DNA of 64,000 bases from an uncultured Acidobacteriota bacterium (lineage in GTDB: Bacteria > Acidobacteriota > Thermoanaerobaculia > Gp7-AA8): NCBI GenBank assembly GCA_963741955.1, contig CAVUKB010000007.1, forward strand, positions 352,001 to 416,000. Direction: 5' to 3'. Within the stretch, counting starts at the first letter, position 1; every line of letters begins with the position of its first letter. Shown here piece after piece: positions 1 to 9,500 of this stretch. The notes beneath the pieces are model-generated. The model was not told where the DNA came from, did no database searches, and saw nothing but the letters and a program-made list of their open reading frames with translations. Position numbers and translations under genes: made by a program.

Positions 1-13
1 CGAAGGCGAGCCG

Positions 14-2266
14 ATGCTGCTGCGGTGGTTTCCCTGGAAGTTCGTCATCAGCCGCATTGCGCGGGCTGGGGGAATCGTCGATCCCGTGCGGATCCTTTCC
101 CGGCTGGAGAGTTTCGCGCAGCCGCTGGAGGTGAAAGAGCCGCTCGAGCTTCTCCGGGCAGGGCTCGTTTTTCACGCCCGCGGTCTTCTCAACACGGTCG
201 CCATTCAGCACAATCTCGATTGGATCTGGCCGTACTGGGTCGCACGGCAATACGATCCGCATTCTCCGTCGTTCATTCCGAGAGCGTTTTCCGCAACCCA
301 CATCAATCTGACCCATCGCAACTGGACTGCGGTCGGCAGGCCCGACTGCGAGCATCTCCCGATCGTCGATCCACGCGGACTGGTCACGCCGCACTGGGAC
401 GGCTGGTCGATCGATGCGTGGGTGGTCGCAGCAGACGGACGGCGCCTGGTTCCGGCTGTGTGCGGGATGGTGGAACAGCGGCTTCTCTTCGAGGACGAGT
501 TGACGGTCGTCACCCGGAGCGCGGAGGGGGCGTTGGATCTGGTCGGTGCGGTCACCGTCGTCGAGCGCGACGAACGGAACTGCTGCGAACTCCATTACCA
601 GGCACGCGGGATACCGGGTTCCTGGTTGGTGGTCTCTCTCCGTCCCGCGAATCCGGAGGGAGTGAGCTTCGTTCACGTGATCGATACCTCGCAGGGAGGA
701 GCGATCTGGAGGGTCGGTCGTCAGGCGGTCCGGTTTCTCGAACGGCCGCGCGCCGTTCGTCTCTCGCGCTACCACGAAGGCGACGTTTCGTTGCGGCTGT
801 TCGACGACAGCGCCGGGCGGGCCGACCGTGTCGAATGCCCGGTCGGGATGGCCACCGCCGCGGCACTCTTTCCGATCGAGTCCGAGGCGGGGACGAGCGT
901 CACGGTGAGGATTCCGCTCGAGCCGAAGCCGATCTTCCCCCGCCGCCGGCGTTCCTGGGCTGCAGTTCTCAGTCGTACGGCCCCGGCACACCTTCCGCGG
1001 CATCTTCGGCAGTTTCTCTACGACGCGGCGATTCGTTCGTTGATTCTCCACGCTCCGGCTGGAGAGGCGTGGCCCGGCCCATACACGTACAAGCGGTTCT
1101 GGTTTCGCGATGCAGCGTTCATTCTCGACGCACTTCTGGCGATCGGGCTCTTCGAGCGGGCGGAAGCGGTGATCGACCGGTTTCCCGAGCGCCAGCTGCG
1201 GAATGGCTTCTTCCGTTCGCAGGACGGTGAATGGGACTCCAACGGAGAAGCTCTCTGGATCATGAGCCGCTTCTGCCGGATGAGCGGCCGCCGCCCCAAG
1301 CCGCAGTGGGAGGAGGCGATCCGTCTGGGTGCCGAGTGGATTGCGAAGAAGAGGACTCGGGTGACCGGCCATCCCGACTCCGGGCTCCTCCCGGCGGGAT
1401 TCAGCGCCGAGCACCTGGGGCCGAATGACGTCTACTACTGGGACGACTTCTGGGGCGTGGCCGGGCTGCGTGCGGCGGGGGAGATGCTCCGGATGTTCGG
1501 CGACGAGAGGGGGGCACGCGATCTCGAGGACGAGAGCGATGATCTCTTCCGCTGCATCGAGCGGAGCCTGCAGGGATGCTTCGGCCGGCTGCGACGAGCT
1601 GCGATGCCCGCGTCGCCGCATCGCCGCCTCGACTCCGGAGCGATCGGCTCTCTTGCGGCGGGCTATCCGCTCAAGTTGTTCGATCCGCGCGATCCCCGCC
1701 TGCTCGACACCGCCGAATGGCTGATGTCCGACTGTCTCGTCGACGGCGGCTTCTACCAGGACATCGTCCATTCCGGGATCAATCCCTACCTTTCTCTCCA
1801 TCTCGCAGAGGTTCTCGCGCGAGCCGGAGATGCGAGGGCGCGCGAGCTGATCCGAACCGTCGCCTCTCTCGCCACTCCGACCGGGCAGTGGCCGGAGGCG
1901 ATCCACCCACGCACGGGCGGCGGATGCATGGGTGACGGACACCACGCATGGGCATCGGCGGAGTGGATTCTGATGACCAGAAATGCGTTCCTGCGGGAAG
2001 AGGGTGAGGACCGTCTGGTGGTGGGATCTGCCATTCCTCCGGAGTGGGTGACGGGCACCGAAGGATTTTCGTTCGGTCCTGCGCCGACGGAGTTCGGGGA
2101 AGTCACGGTCTCGTTCGTGCCGCGCGACGAAGCGGTGGAGTTTCGGATTTACGGCAGCTGGCGCCGGGTACCGACGGTGGAAGTGCGGCTGCCGTCGGTC
2201 GAGCCGGTCGAGATGAGCGGGACGCGGGACGCGTGCTTTCTGAGTCGAAAGGGGGTCAGGACATGA
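14..2266 (+). CDS. Six-hairpin (alpha/alpha)6 glycosidase-like protein (GH15/GH65-like), function unknown
   Basis: 750-aa ORF. The C-terminal half has YKRFWFRDAAF, GEWDSNGEALW, YYWDDFWGVAGL and QWPEAIH...HHAWASAEW, which resemble six-hairpin glycosidases. Its stop overlaps the next start (ATGA at 2263-2266). Confidence 0.6.
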   Translation: MLLRWFPWKFVISRIARAGGIVDPVRILSRLESFAQPLEVKEPLELLRAGLVFHARGLLNTVAIQHNLDWIWPYWVARQYDPHSPSFIPRAFSATHINLTHRNWTAVGRPDCEHLPIVDPRGLVTPHWDGWSIDAWVVAADGRRLVPAVCGMVEQRLLFEDELTVVTRSAEGALDLVGAVTVVERDERNCCELHYQARGIPGSWLVVSLRPANPEGVSFVHVIDTSQGGAIWRVGRQAVRFLERPRAVRLSRYHEGDVSLRLFDDSAGRADRVECPVGMATAAALFPIESEAGTSVTVRIPLEPKPIFPRRRRSWAAVLSRTAPAHLPRHLRQFLYDAAIRSLILHAPAGEAWPGPYTYKRFWFRDAAFILDALLAIGLFERAEAVIDRFPERQLRNGFFRSQDGEWDSNGEALWIMSRFCRMSGRRPKPQWEEAIRLGAEWIAKKRTRVTGHPDSGLLPAGFSAEHLGPNDVYYWDDFWGVAGLRAAGEMLRMFGDERGARDLEDESDDLFRCIERSLQGCFGRLRRAAMPASPHRRLDSGAIGSLAAGYPLKLFDPRDPRLLDTAEWLMSDCLVDGGFYQDIVHSGINPYLSLHLAEVLARAGDARARELIRTVASLATPTGQWPEAIHPRTGGGCMGDGHHAWASAEWILMTRNAFLREEGEDRLVVGSAIPPEWVTGTEGFSFGPAPTEFGEVTVSFVPRDEAVEFRIYGSWRRVPTVEVRLPSVEPVEMSGTRDACFLSRKGVRT

Positions 2267-3570
2267 GAATCGTCGCCCTGACGAATACGTACGCTCCTCA
2301 CGTCGGCGGAGTCGCGCGAAGCGTGGTCGCGTTCACCAGGGAGCTTCGCCGCCGCGGTCACGAGGTTCTCGTCGTCGCGCCCACTTTCGAGGGATGCCCC
2401 GAAGAGGAGGAAGGGGTGCTTCGGGTTCCGGCGATCGAAAACTTCAATGGCAGCAATTTCTCGGTTCCGGGGCCCATTCCGCGCCGGGTGGCCGTTGCGG
2501 TGAAGCAGTTCCGTCCGCACCTTGTCCATTCGCATCATCCGTTTCTGCTCGGCGATACCGCGCTGCGGATTGGTGCGCGCCGCGACGTGCCGGTGGTGTT
2601 CACTCACCACACGCTCTACGAGCACTACGTCCATTACGTCCCGGGGGGAGCGGAGCGGCTCGGGCGCATGGTGCTGGAACTGGTGACCGGCTACTGCAAT
2701 CTCTGCGATTCGGTGATCGCGCCGAGCGAGTCGGTGGCGGCACTTCTGGTCGAGCGCGGGATTCGAGCTCCCATCGCGGTCATCCCCACCGGAGTCGATC
2801 TCGAAGTGTTCGGGAAAGGAGACGGTGGGAGGTTCCGTGCTGCGCACGCGATTCCGCCCGACGCGTTCGTGGTCGGTCACGCGGGAAGGCTCGCCGCGGA
2901 AAAGAACCTCGGGGTGGTCGGCGACGCGATGATCGAAGTCTCGAAGAGCGACGAAAACGTTTGGGCGGTCGTGGCCGGGACCGGTCCTCTTCGTGACGAA
3001 CTTTCCGCGCGCTTCGAGCGGGCGGGAGTCGCGCAGCGGGTGCGCATGACCGGAGCGATCGACTGGCCCGACCTCGCCGACGCGTACGCCGCGATGGATA
3101 CGTTCGTCTTCGCCTCTCGAACCGAAACGCAGGGGATGGTTCTCACCGAAGCGATGGCCGCCGGATGTCCCGTGGTGGCCGTGGACGCGACCGGCGCTCG
3201 CGAGGTCGTCCGCGACGGCTGGAACGGCTTTCTCCTTCCGAGCGAAGAGCTCCGGTCCTTCGTCGGGGCCATCCAGCGGATGCGCGGCCTGGCACTGAGC
3301 GATCGGAGGGCGATGGAGACGAGAGCGCGGGCGACCGCAGCGGAGATGTCGCTCGAGGTCTCGGTTGCGCGGCTGATCCGCCTGTACACCCGGCTCCTGG
3401 ATCGTGCGCCGCGTCGTACCGATGCGGCGGGGTCGTGGTTCGTGCCGGCGGGGAAAGGCGTAGTGCGTGATCTGAAGATCGCCGGCAATATCGTCAGAGC
3501 GGTTGGAGATGCGGTCCGGCCCCTTCCGGGGTCCGACGCGGGAGCGGGAAGGATCGCCCGATGGTTCTGA
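2263..3570 (+). CDS. Glycosyltransferase family 4 (GT-B, diacylglycerol glucosyltransferase-like)
   Basis: MRIVALTNTYAPHVGGVARSV, VHSHHPF, GRLAAEKN and ETQGMVLTEAMAAG (E-X7-E). Start moved to the ATG at 2263 (ATGA coupling). Confidence 0.9.
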   Translation: MRIVALTNTYAPHVGGVARSVVAFTRELRRRGHEVLVVAPTFEGCPEEEEGVLRVPAIENFNGSNFSVPGPIPRRVAVAVKQFRPHLVHSHHPFLLGDTALRIGARRDVPVVFTHHTLYEHYVHYVPGGAERLGRMVLELVTGYCNLCDSVIAPSESVAALLVERGIRAPIAVIPTGVDLEVFGKGDGGRFRAAHAIPPDAFVVGHAGRLAAEKNLGVVGDAMIEVSKSDENVWAVVAGTGPLRDELSARFERAGVAQRVRMTGAIDWPDLADAYAAMDTFVFASRTETQGMVLTEAMAAGCPVVAVDATGAREVVRDGWNGFLLPSEELRSFVGAIQRMRGLALSDRRAMETRARATAAEMSLEVSVARLIRLYTRLLDRAPRRTDAAGSWFVPAGKGVVRDLKIAGNIVRAVGDAVRPLPGSDAGAGRIARWF

Positions 3571-4319
3571 ACGAGGAGGAGAGAGTGCGCCGTCCGTGGT
3601 GGCTTCGCTCGCTCGGATCGATTTACGCCGCGGCGTACGTGGGCTGCTCCCGGTTCGAGTGGATGACCTGGCGGCGCGGCGACGATGCCGCGCTCCGGAA
3701 GATCGACGAGCTGCTCGCGCGAGGGGTTCGGCTGCTCGCGGTCTTCTGGCACGGGAGCTATCTGCCGCTCTTCGTTCTCCTCCGGAACCGGCGCGCCTGC
3801 ATCGTGTCGAGCGAATCGTTTCGTGGGGAGGTGATCGGGAAGATCAGCCGCCTCTGCGGATTCGAGAACGTGCGGGTCGAGGACGGATCGGGAGACGACG
3901 CGATCATCCGGATCGCTGCGGCTCTCAGCTCGCATCAGGCCGGAGCCCTCGCGGTCGACGGCCCGCTCGGACCGCGTCACCTCGTGAAACGCGGAGTGCC
4001 GCTGATCGCTTCGAGGGCGGGGATGGCACTCCTGCCGGTTGCCGTCGCCATGTCGAAGAAGAAAGTTCTCGACCAGCGTTGGGACAGGATGGAGTTGCCG
4101 CGTCTCTTCTCCCGCATCGAGCTCACCGCCGGGGAGCTGATCTTCGTTCCGCCGGAGCTTGACGAGACGTCGGCGCTGAGGTACGCGGCGGAGGTCGAGA
4201 GGGCACTCGAAGCGCTGGATCGAAGCGCTGCCGCGAAGGTGGCCGCAGCGACGTCGACGCGGGATCGCTCGAATTCCGACCTGGAAAGAGAAGAAAGGGC
4301 GGTCGTGGACCGCCCCTGA
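3561..4319 (+). CDS. DUF374 / lysophospholipid acyltransferase-family protein
   Basis: AVFWHG, AVDGPLGP and WDRMELPRLFSR motifs; overlaps the GT4 stop by 10 nt. Confidence 0.75.
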   Translation: MVLNEEERVRRPWWLRSLGSIYAAAYVGCSRFEWMTWRRGDDAALRKIDELLARGVRLLAVFWHGSYLPLFVLLRNRRACIVSSESFRGEVIGKISRLCGFENVRVEDGSGDDAIIRIAAALSSHQAGALAVDGPLGPRHLVKRGVPLIASRAGMALLPVAVAMSKKKVLDQRWDRMELPRLFSRIELTAGELIFVPPELDETSALRYAAEVERALEALDRSAAAKVAAATSTRDRSNSDLEREERAVVDRP

Positions 4320-4345
4320 AGAAGCTCCGCGAGACTCGCCCGGCC

Positions 4346-4840
4346 TCAGGCCGACTTCGCCCTCGTGTCGATCGCTTTCGGTCCGCCGCTTCCGCCGATC
4401 TCGATCCGGCGCGGTTTCGCTTCCTCGCGTTTCGGCATCGAGATCTCGAGAACCCCGTCCTCGTAGATCGCTTCGACGTGTTCCGGATCGACGCTGTTGG
4501 GGAGAGTGAAAGAACGGACGAAGCTTCCGTAGGAGCGCTCCACGCGGTGGAAATTGCGCTCGCGGTTTTCCTGCTCCATCCTTCTCTCTCCACGGAGGGT
4601 CAGGACTCCATTTTCGAAGGAGATCTCGATGTCCTCTTTCTTCATCCCCGGGAGCTCCGCCCGGACGAAGATCCGGTCTTTCGTCTCCTCCACGTCGACG
4701 GGTGGGACCCACGTGCCCGAGGTCAGATCGGGAGTGGTGAATCCGGGTGCGAAGTCGCGGAAGAAGGGTTCGAACAGGCGGTTCATCTGGTTCTGGAGAT
4801 TCTGAATGTCCTGGGCGGGATTCCAACGCGTGATGGCCAT
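4346..4840 (-). CDS. Hsp20/alpha-crystallin small heat-shock protein
   Basis: PPVDVEE, AELPG, ERSYGSFVRSFTLP and YEDGVLEISMPK; GGAGG RBS upstream. Confidence 0.95.
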   Translation of the reverse strand: MAITRWNPAQDIQNLQNQMNRLFEPFFRDFAPGFTTPDLTSGTWVPPVDVEETKDRIFVRAELPGMKKEDIEISFENGVLTLRGERRMEQENRERNFHRVERSYGSFVRSFTLPNSVDPEHVEAIYEDGVLEISMPKREEAKPRRIEIGGSGGPKAIDTRAKSA

Positions 4841-4888
4841 TTTCCGTTACCTCCTCTGATCACGAAAAAATCAAATCAGGCGATGAAA

Positions 4889-4909
4889 TATGAGTCATGG
4901 CGACTCACC
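4889..4909. promoter_or_regulatory. HAIR-like (HspR operator) inverted repeat upstream of hsp20
   Basis: TATGAGT-CATGGCG-ACTCACC. The core TGAGT-N7-ACTCA matches the HAIR consensus CTTGAGT-N7-ACTCAAG, about 50 nt upstream of the hsp20 start. Confidence 0.65.
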
Positions 4910-4988
4910 GATCAGAACGCGAGGAACCCTCTCCGATATTTCAGGAGGGGCGCCTAACTCCCTTGTTTTGCTGAGCTTGGCTCGCTGT

Positions 4989-5636
4989 TCAGTTCCCTTC
5001 GGGTTGTGCGTGCACCGTGATCTCGACGCGCCGGTTGAGCTGTCTTCCTTCCGGCGTGTCGTTCGACGCGACCGGTCTGGACTTCCCGTAACCGACCGCG
5101 GTGATCCGGTGTCCGTCGACGCCATGGTCGACCAGGTAACCTGCCACGGAATCCGCCCGTCGCTCCGAGAGGCCCTGATTGTAGTCGGCCGAACCGACGG
5201 AGTCGGTGTGCCCAGCCACGACCAGGTCGGTGTCGGGATAGCGGGTGAAGACGGACGTCATCTGTTCGAGGGTCTGCCGCGACTGCGGACGGAGCGCCGC
5301 CGAGTCGTAGTCGAACAGGATGTTGTTCTGCATCACGACGTTGAGCTCGTCGTCGGCGGTGCGGGTCACTTCCACGCCCTCGATCTGCTGGAGCTCTTTC
5401 TGCTGCTGGTCCATGCGGTGTCCTGCGGCTGCGCCGACACCCGCGCCGACTGCAGCGCCGATCACGGCTCCGGTCCGCGGGTCTCCGGACTGATTTCCGA
5501 TGATCGCGCCGGCGATGGCTCCTGCTGCCGCCCCGATCCCGGCGCCTTTCTTGGTTTTCTCGTTCGGACCGCCGCTCGTGACGCAACCGGCCAGAAGGAT
5601 CGTCACGGCGAGGATTCCTGCAATTCTTCGATACAT
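4989..5636 (-). CDS. OmpA-family lipoprotein with glycine zipper (YiaD-like)
   Basis: Lipobox LAGC, GAGIGAAAGAIAG zipper, and OmpA motifs FDYDS, GHTD, LSERRA, NRRVEI. Start taken at MYRR with a GGAGG RBS. Confidence 0.93.
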   Translation of the reverse strand: MYRRIAGILAVTILLAGCVTSGGPNEKTKKGAGIGAAAGAIAGAIIGNQSGDPRTGAVIGAAVGAGVGAAAGHRMDQQQKELQQIEGVEVTRTADDELNVVMQNNILFDYDSAALRPQSRQTLEQMTSVFTRYPDTDLVVAGHTDSVGSADYNQGLSERRADSVAGYLVDHGVDGHRITAVGYGKSRPVASNDTPEGRQLNRRVEITVHAQPEGN

Positions 5637-5857
5637 CTCTTCCTCCGTTGAACAGAATCTGGTTCCATCGAGCTCGGTAGGCCAGGCTCTGTCAGGAATA
5701 CGTTCGAAGCGAGCGGCTGGTTTCGACATCCTTGATGAACGGCCGGTTACCAATCCGATCGGAGCAGCCCGGACGGGGTGACGATCGCCACGTTCGGGAC
5801 GCATATTGAAGGAGCTCACCCGGGAAGAGCGAACGGCAGCGCTATGGGGAGGACGAG

Positions 5858-6448
5858 ATGCCGAAGACGCTCGAAGAACTGCTCGCGGACATCGAGAAGA
5901 GTGGAATCGTGTCGCAGATGGTCGTTCTCGGCTGTGGTAAACGAGCGGTGGGAGACGACGCAGCAGGGCGGCGGGTGGTGGAGTCGCTCCGCGAACGTGA
6001 CGAGACGATCGACTGCCGGACGTTCGGCGGAGAGCTGTTCGAACTGCTGGAGCTCTATCGAGCGGGACACCCGCTCTTCATCCTCGACGCGATGCGCACT
6101 GCGGCGCATCCCGGGACCCTCCTTCTGACCCGCGGACCGACGACCCACGCCCGCCTGCGGAACATTGGCGGCGAGAAGACCGACTGGAATCTGGACGGGA
6201 TCGCGGGTCTGGCCAAAGACCTCGGGTACACGATTCCTCCACTCTGGATCATGGGAATCGAAGGGAGCTCCGCATCCGGAGAACTGACTCCCGAGGTCTC
6301 GCGCGCGGTGGATTTCGTGGTCGAGAACTTCGATGCTCTGCGCGCCGTCGCGTTCGCGCTCGAACCTGGCGATCCGCCGGTGATCCTGAGGCCTCCGGCC
6401 TGGGAGCTGCCGCCGATCCGGGTCGATTGGGGGCCGGTGCACGCCTGA
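5858..6448 (+). CDS. Hydrogenase maturation protease-like protein (A31 family), divergent
   Basis: VLGCG...GDDAAG, FILDAM, PGTL, IMGIE and LTPEV..AV pattern; GGAGG RBS. Confidence 0.7.
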   Translation: MPKTLEELLADIEKSGIVSQMVVLGCGKRAVGDDAAGRRVVESLRERDETIDCRTFGGELFELLELYRAGHPLFILDAMRTAAHPGTLLLTRGPTTHARLRNIGGEKTDWNLDGIAGLAKDLGYTIPPLWIMGIEGSSASGELTPEVSRAVDFVVENFDALRAVAFALEPGDPPVILRPPAWELPPIRVDWGPVHA

Positions 6449-6539
6449 GAGCCGCTCGGCCCACCAGACGCAACGCAGCAGTTCGCGACGCGAAAGAACC
6501 CTCAGCCGGGACGACGCCCGGAGTCCCCGGGATTGGTGA

Positions 6540-9500
6540 TCACGATTCGATCAGGGCACGAAGCTGGCGAGTCGCGACTGTGAGTGCCGAAAGATCGATC
6601 GCCGGAATGGTCCGGAGCTCGTTGAGCATCTGGTCCGTCCGGGTCGTCACGTCATGGCGTGTGGCGAGCCAATGGTCGATCGCTTCCCCGTTGGCTCCCT
6701 TCTTCGACCCCTGCAGCACGCGTGCGGCGAGGACGCTCTGGTAGTTGAAGAGGTCGTCGATGACCCCGGAGATGGCCGCCTTCTGCCACGGAGTGTCCGT
6801 GACGATCGACTCGGCGGCCGCCCGGAGGCGGTCGAATCCGAATCGCGGTCCCAAGGCGAAATAGATCTTGCCGACCTGCTCGATCGGCTGTCCCGATTCG
6901 TGCGCGATGTGGACGATGTCGAGGAACGAGCTCGCCACGTCGACGCTTCCGATGCGACGGGCGAGAGCGGAGGGAACCCCGAGCTCCTCCAACTCGCGGA
7001 TCTTCGCGGTGAGAGTCTCGATCTCGCCGGCCGAGAGAATCGAATCGAGCTGAGACTGCAGCGTCGCGATTCCTGGGCGGTACTCCGCCTCGAGCGTCGA
7101 GACGTCGAGGGTGACCCCTCCCTTGAGGAACCATCGGGTCGCCCGCTCCACCAGCTGACCCGCTTCGAGCAGCATCCGCAGTTGCAGCTCGGCCGGGATC
7201 AGATTGTCCAGCGATTCGATGTCGCCGTAGATCGAGCGGAGCTCGAAGCAGTTGCGGACGATCGCGTATGCGCGTGCAATGTCGACGGACGTGCGTCCGG
7301 TCTCTTCACTCAACTGAGTGACGAAGGTCGGCCCGACCCGGTTGACCATGTTGTTGGTCACGAACGTCGCGATGATCTCGCGGTTCAACCGGTGCCTGAG
7401 GATCGCGTCGGGATAACGCTCGCGGAGCTGAGGCGGGAAATAGTGGATCAGATCTTCGTGAAGGAGCGGGTCGTCGGGAAGATCGGAGCCGAGAAGGTCC
7501 TGATAGAGGGCGATCTTCGAATAGGCGAGGAGAACCGCGATCTCCGGCCGGGTGAGGCCGGTGTGGGCCGCGTGCCTCTCGACGATCACTTCGTCATCCG
7601 GGAGAAACTCGAGTCCTCTGTCGAGTTTCCCGGCACGCTCGAGTGATCGCATCAGTCTCGCCTGGGCATCGAGCATCCCGACTCCGGGCGCGGCGGCGAT
7701 GCTGATCGCCTGGGTCTGCTGGTAATTGTCGCGAAGCACGAGCTCTGCGACCGCGCTGGTCATTTCCGCGAGGACCTCGAGGCGCTGTTCGCCGGTCAGT
7801 CCGCCGCGGCGGACCAACTCGTCGAGCAGGATCTTGATGTTCACCTCATGGTCCGACGTGTCGACTCCGGCCGAATTGTCGATGGCGTCGTTGTTGATCT
7901 TTCCGCCGCCGAGCGCGAACTCGATCCGGGCGCGTTGAGTGCAGCCGAGGTTCGCCCCTTCACCGACGACCTTGACGCGCAACTCGGGAGCATCGACCCG
8001 GAGAGCATCATTGGCGCGATCGCGAGCGTCCGCGTCGGTCTCGTCCGAGGCCTTCACGTACGTGCCGATGCCGCCGAGCCAGAGGAGATCGGCCCGTGCA
8101 CGAAGGATCGCCTGAACCAGCTCGTTCGGCGTGACTTGCGGCTTCGGCAGATCGAAGCGCTCCATCACCTGGGGAGAGATGTTGATCAGTTTTGCTTTCC
8201 GGTCGAATACGGCGCCGCCGGGAGAGAGGAGAGAGGGGTCGTAGTCGCTCCAGCTCGACCGCGGCAGCTCGAAGAGTCGCTTCCGCTCCTCGAAGCTCCG
8301 GCGGGGATCGGGATCGGGATCGACGAAGATGTGGAGATGATTGAACGCCCCGATCAGGCGGGTGTGCTCGGAGAGGAGCATCCCATTGCCGAAGACATCA
8401 CCCGACATGTCGCCCACTCCGACGCAGGTGAAGTTCTGCGTCTGGATGTCGCGACCGAGCTCACGGAAGTGGCGTTTCACCGCCTCCCATGCGCCGCGGG
8501 CGGTGATGCCCATCTTCTTGTGGTCGTATCCGGCGGAACCGCCGGAGGCGAATGCGTCACCCAGCCAGAAGTCGTACTCGGCCGAGATCCCGTTCGCAAT
8601 GTCGGAGAACGTGGCGGTCCCCTTGTCCGCGGCGACGACCAGGTAGATGTCGTCGGCGTCACGGAGGCGGACGTTCGGCGGATGGACCACCCGGCCGTCG
8701 ACGATGTTGTCGGTCAGGTCGAGGAGCCCGCGGATGAAGTTCTGGTAGCAGGCGATTCCTTCTTTCAGGAAGGCCTCGCGGTCCCCCGGAGACGGGGCCT
8801 GTTTGAGAACGAATCCTCCCTTCGAGCCGACCGGCACGATCACGGTGTTCTTCACCGTCTGCGCTTTCATCAGCCCGAGGATCTCGGTGCGGAAGTCCTC
8901 CGGCCGGTCCGACCAGCGGATGCCGCCGCGGGCGACCATCCCACCGCGGAGGTGGACTCCCTCGAATCGCGGTGAATAGACGAAGATCTCGAACAGCGGT
9001 CGCGGGAGCGGCAGCTCGGTCAGGTCGCGGCTGGAGATCTTGATCGAAAGGTACGCTTTCCGGAGTCCGGCGGCGTCAGGCTGGTAGTAGTTCGTGCGGA
9101 CGGTCGAGTCGATCGCATTGAGGTAGCGCCGGATGATCCGGTCCTCGTCGAGATTGGTCACGCTCTCGAGCTTCCGGAGGATCTCACCGCGGATCTGGTC
9201 GGCACGCTCGTCCCCTTCTCCGGCCCGCGCGGGATCGAAGAGCGATTCGAACAGCTCGACCAGAAGGCAGGCGATCTCGGCGTGGTTCGCCATGGTCCTC
9301 TGCATGTAGGCCTGACTGAAGCTGATCCCGGTCTGACGGAGGTACTTGCAGTAAGTCCGGAGGACGACCACCTGCTGCCACTCCAGATCCGCGAGGGTGA
9401 TCAGCCGGTTGAAGCCGTCGTCTTCCGTTTCGTTGTGCCAGATTCGGAGGAACGCTTCCTCGAAATTCGGTTTCACCTGCTCGACGTCGAGTGCCTGCTG

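Noticed and set aside
2044-2262. N-terminal extension of the GT4 ORF
   Set aside because: It overlaps the upstream gene; the GT4 fold starts at the coupled ATG at 2263.
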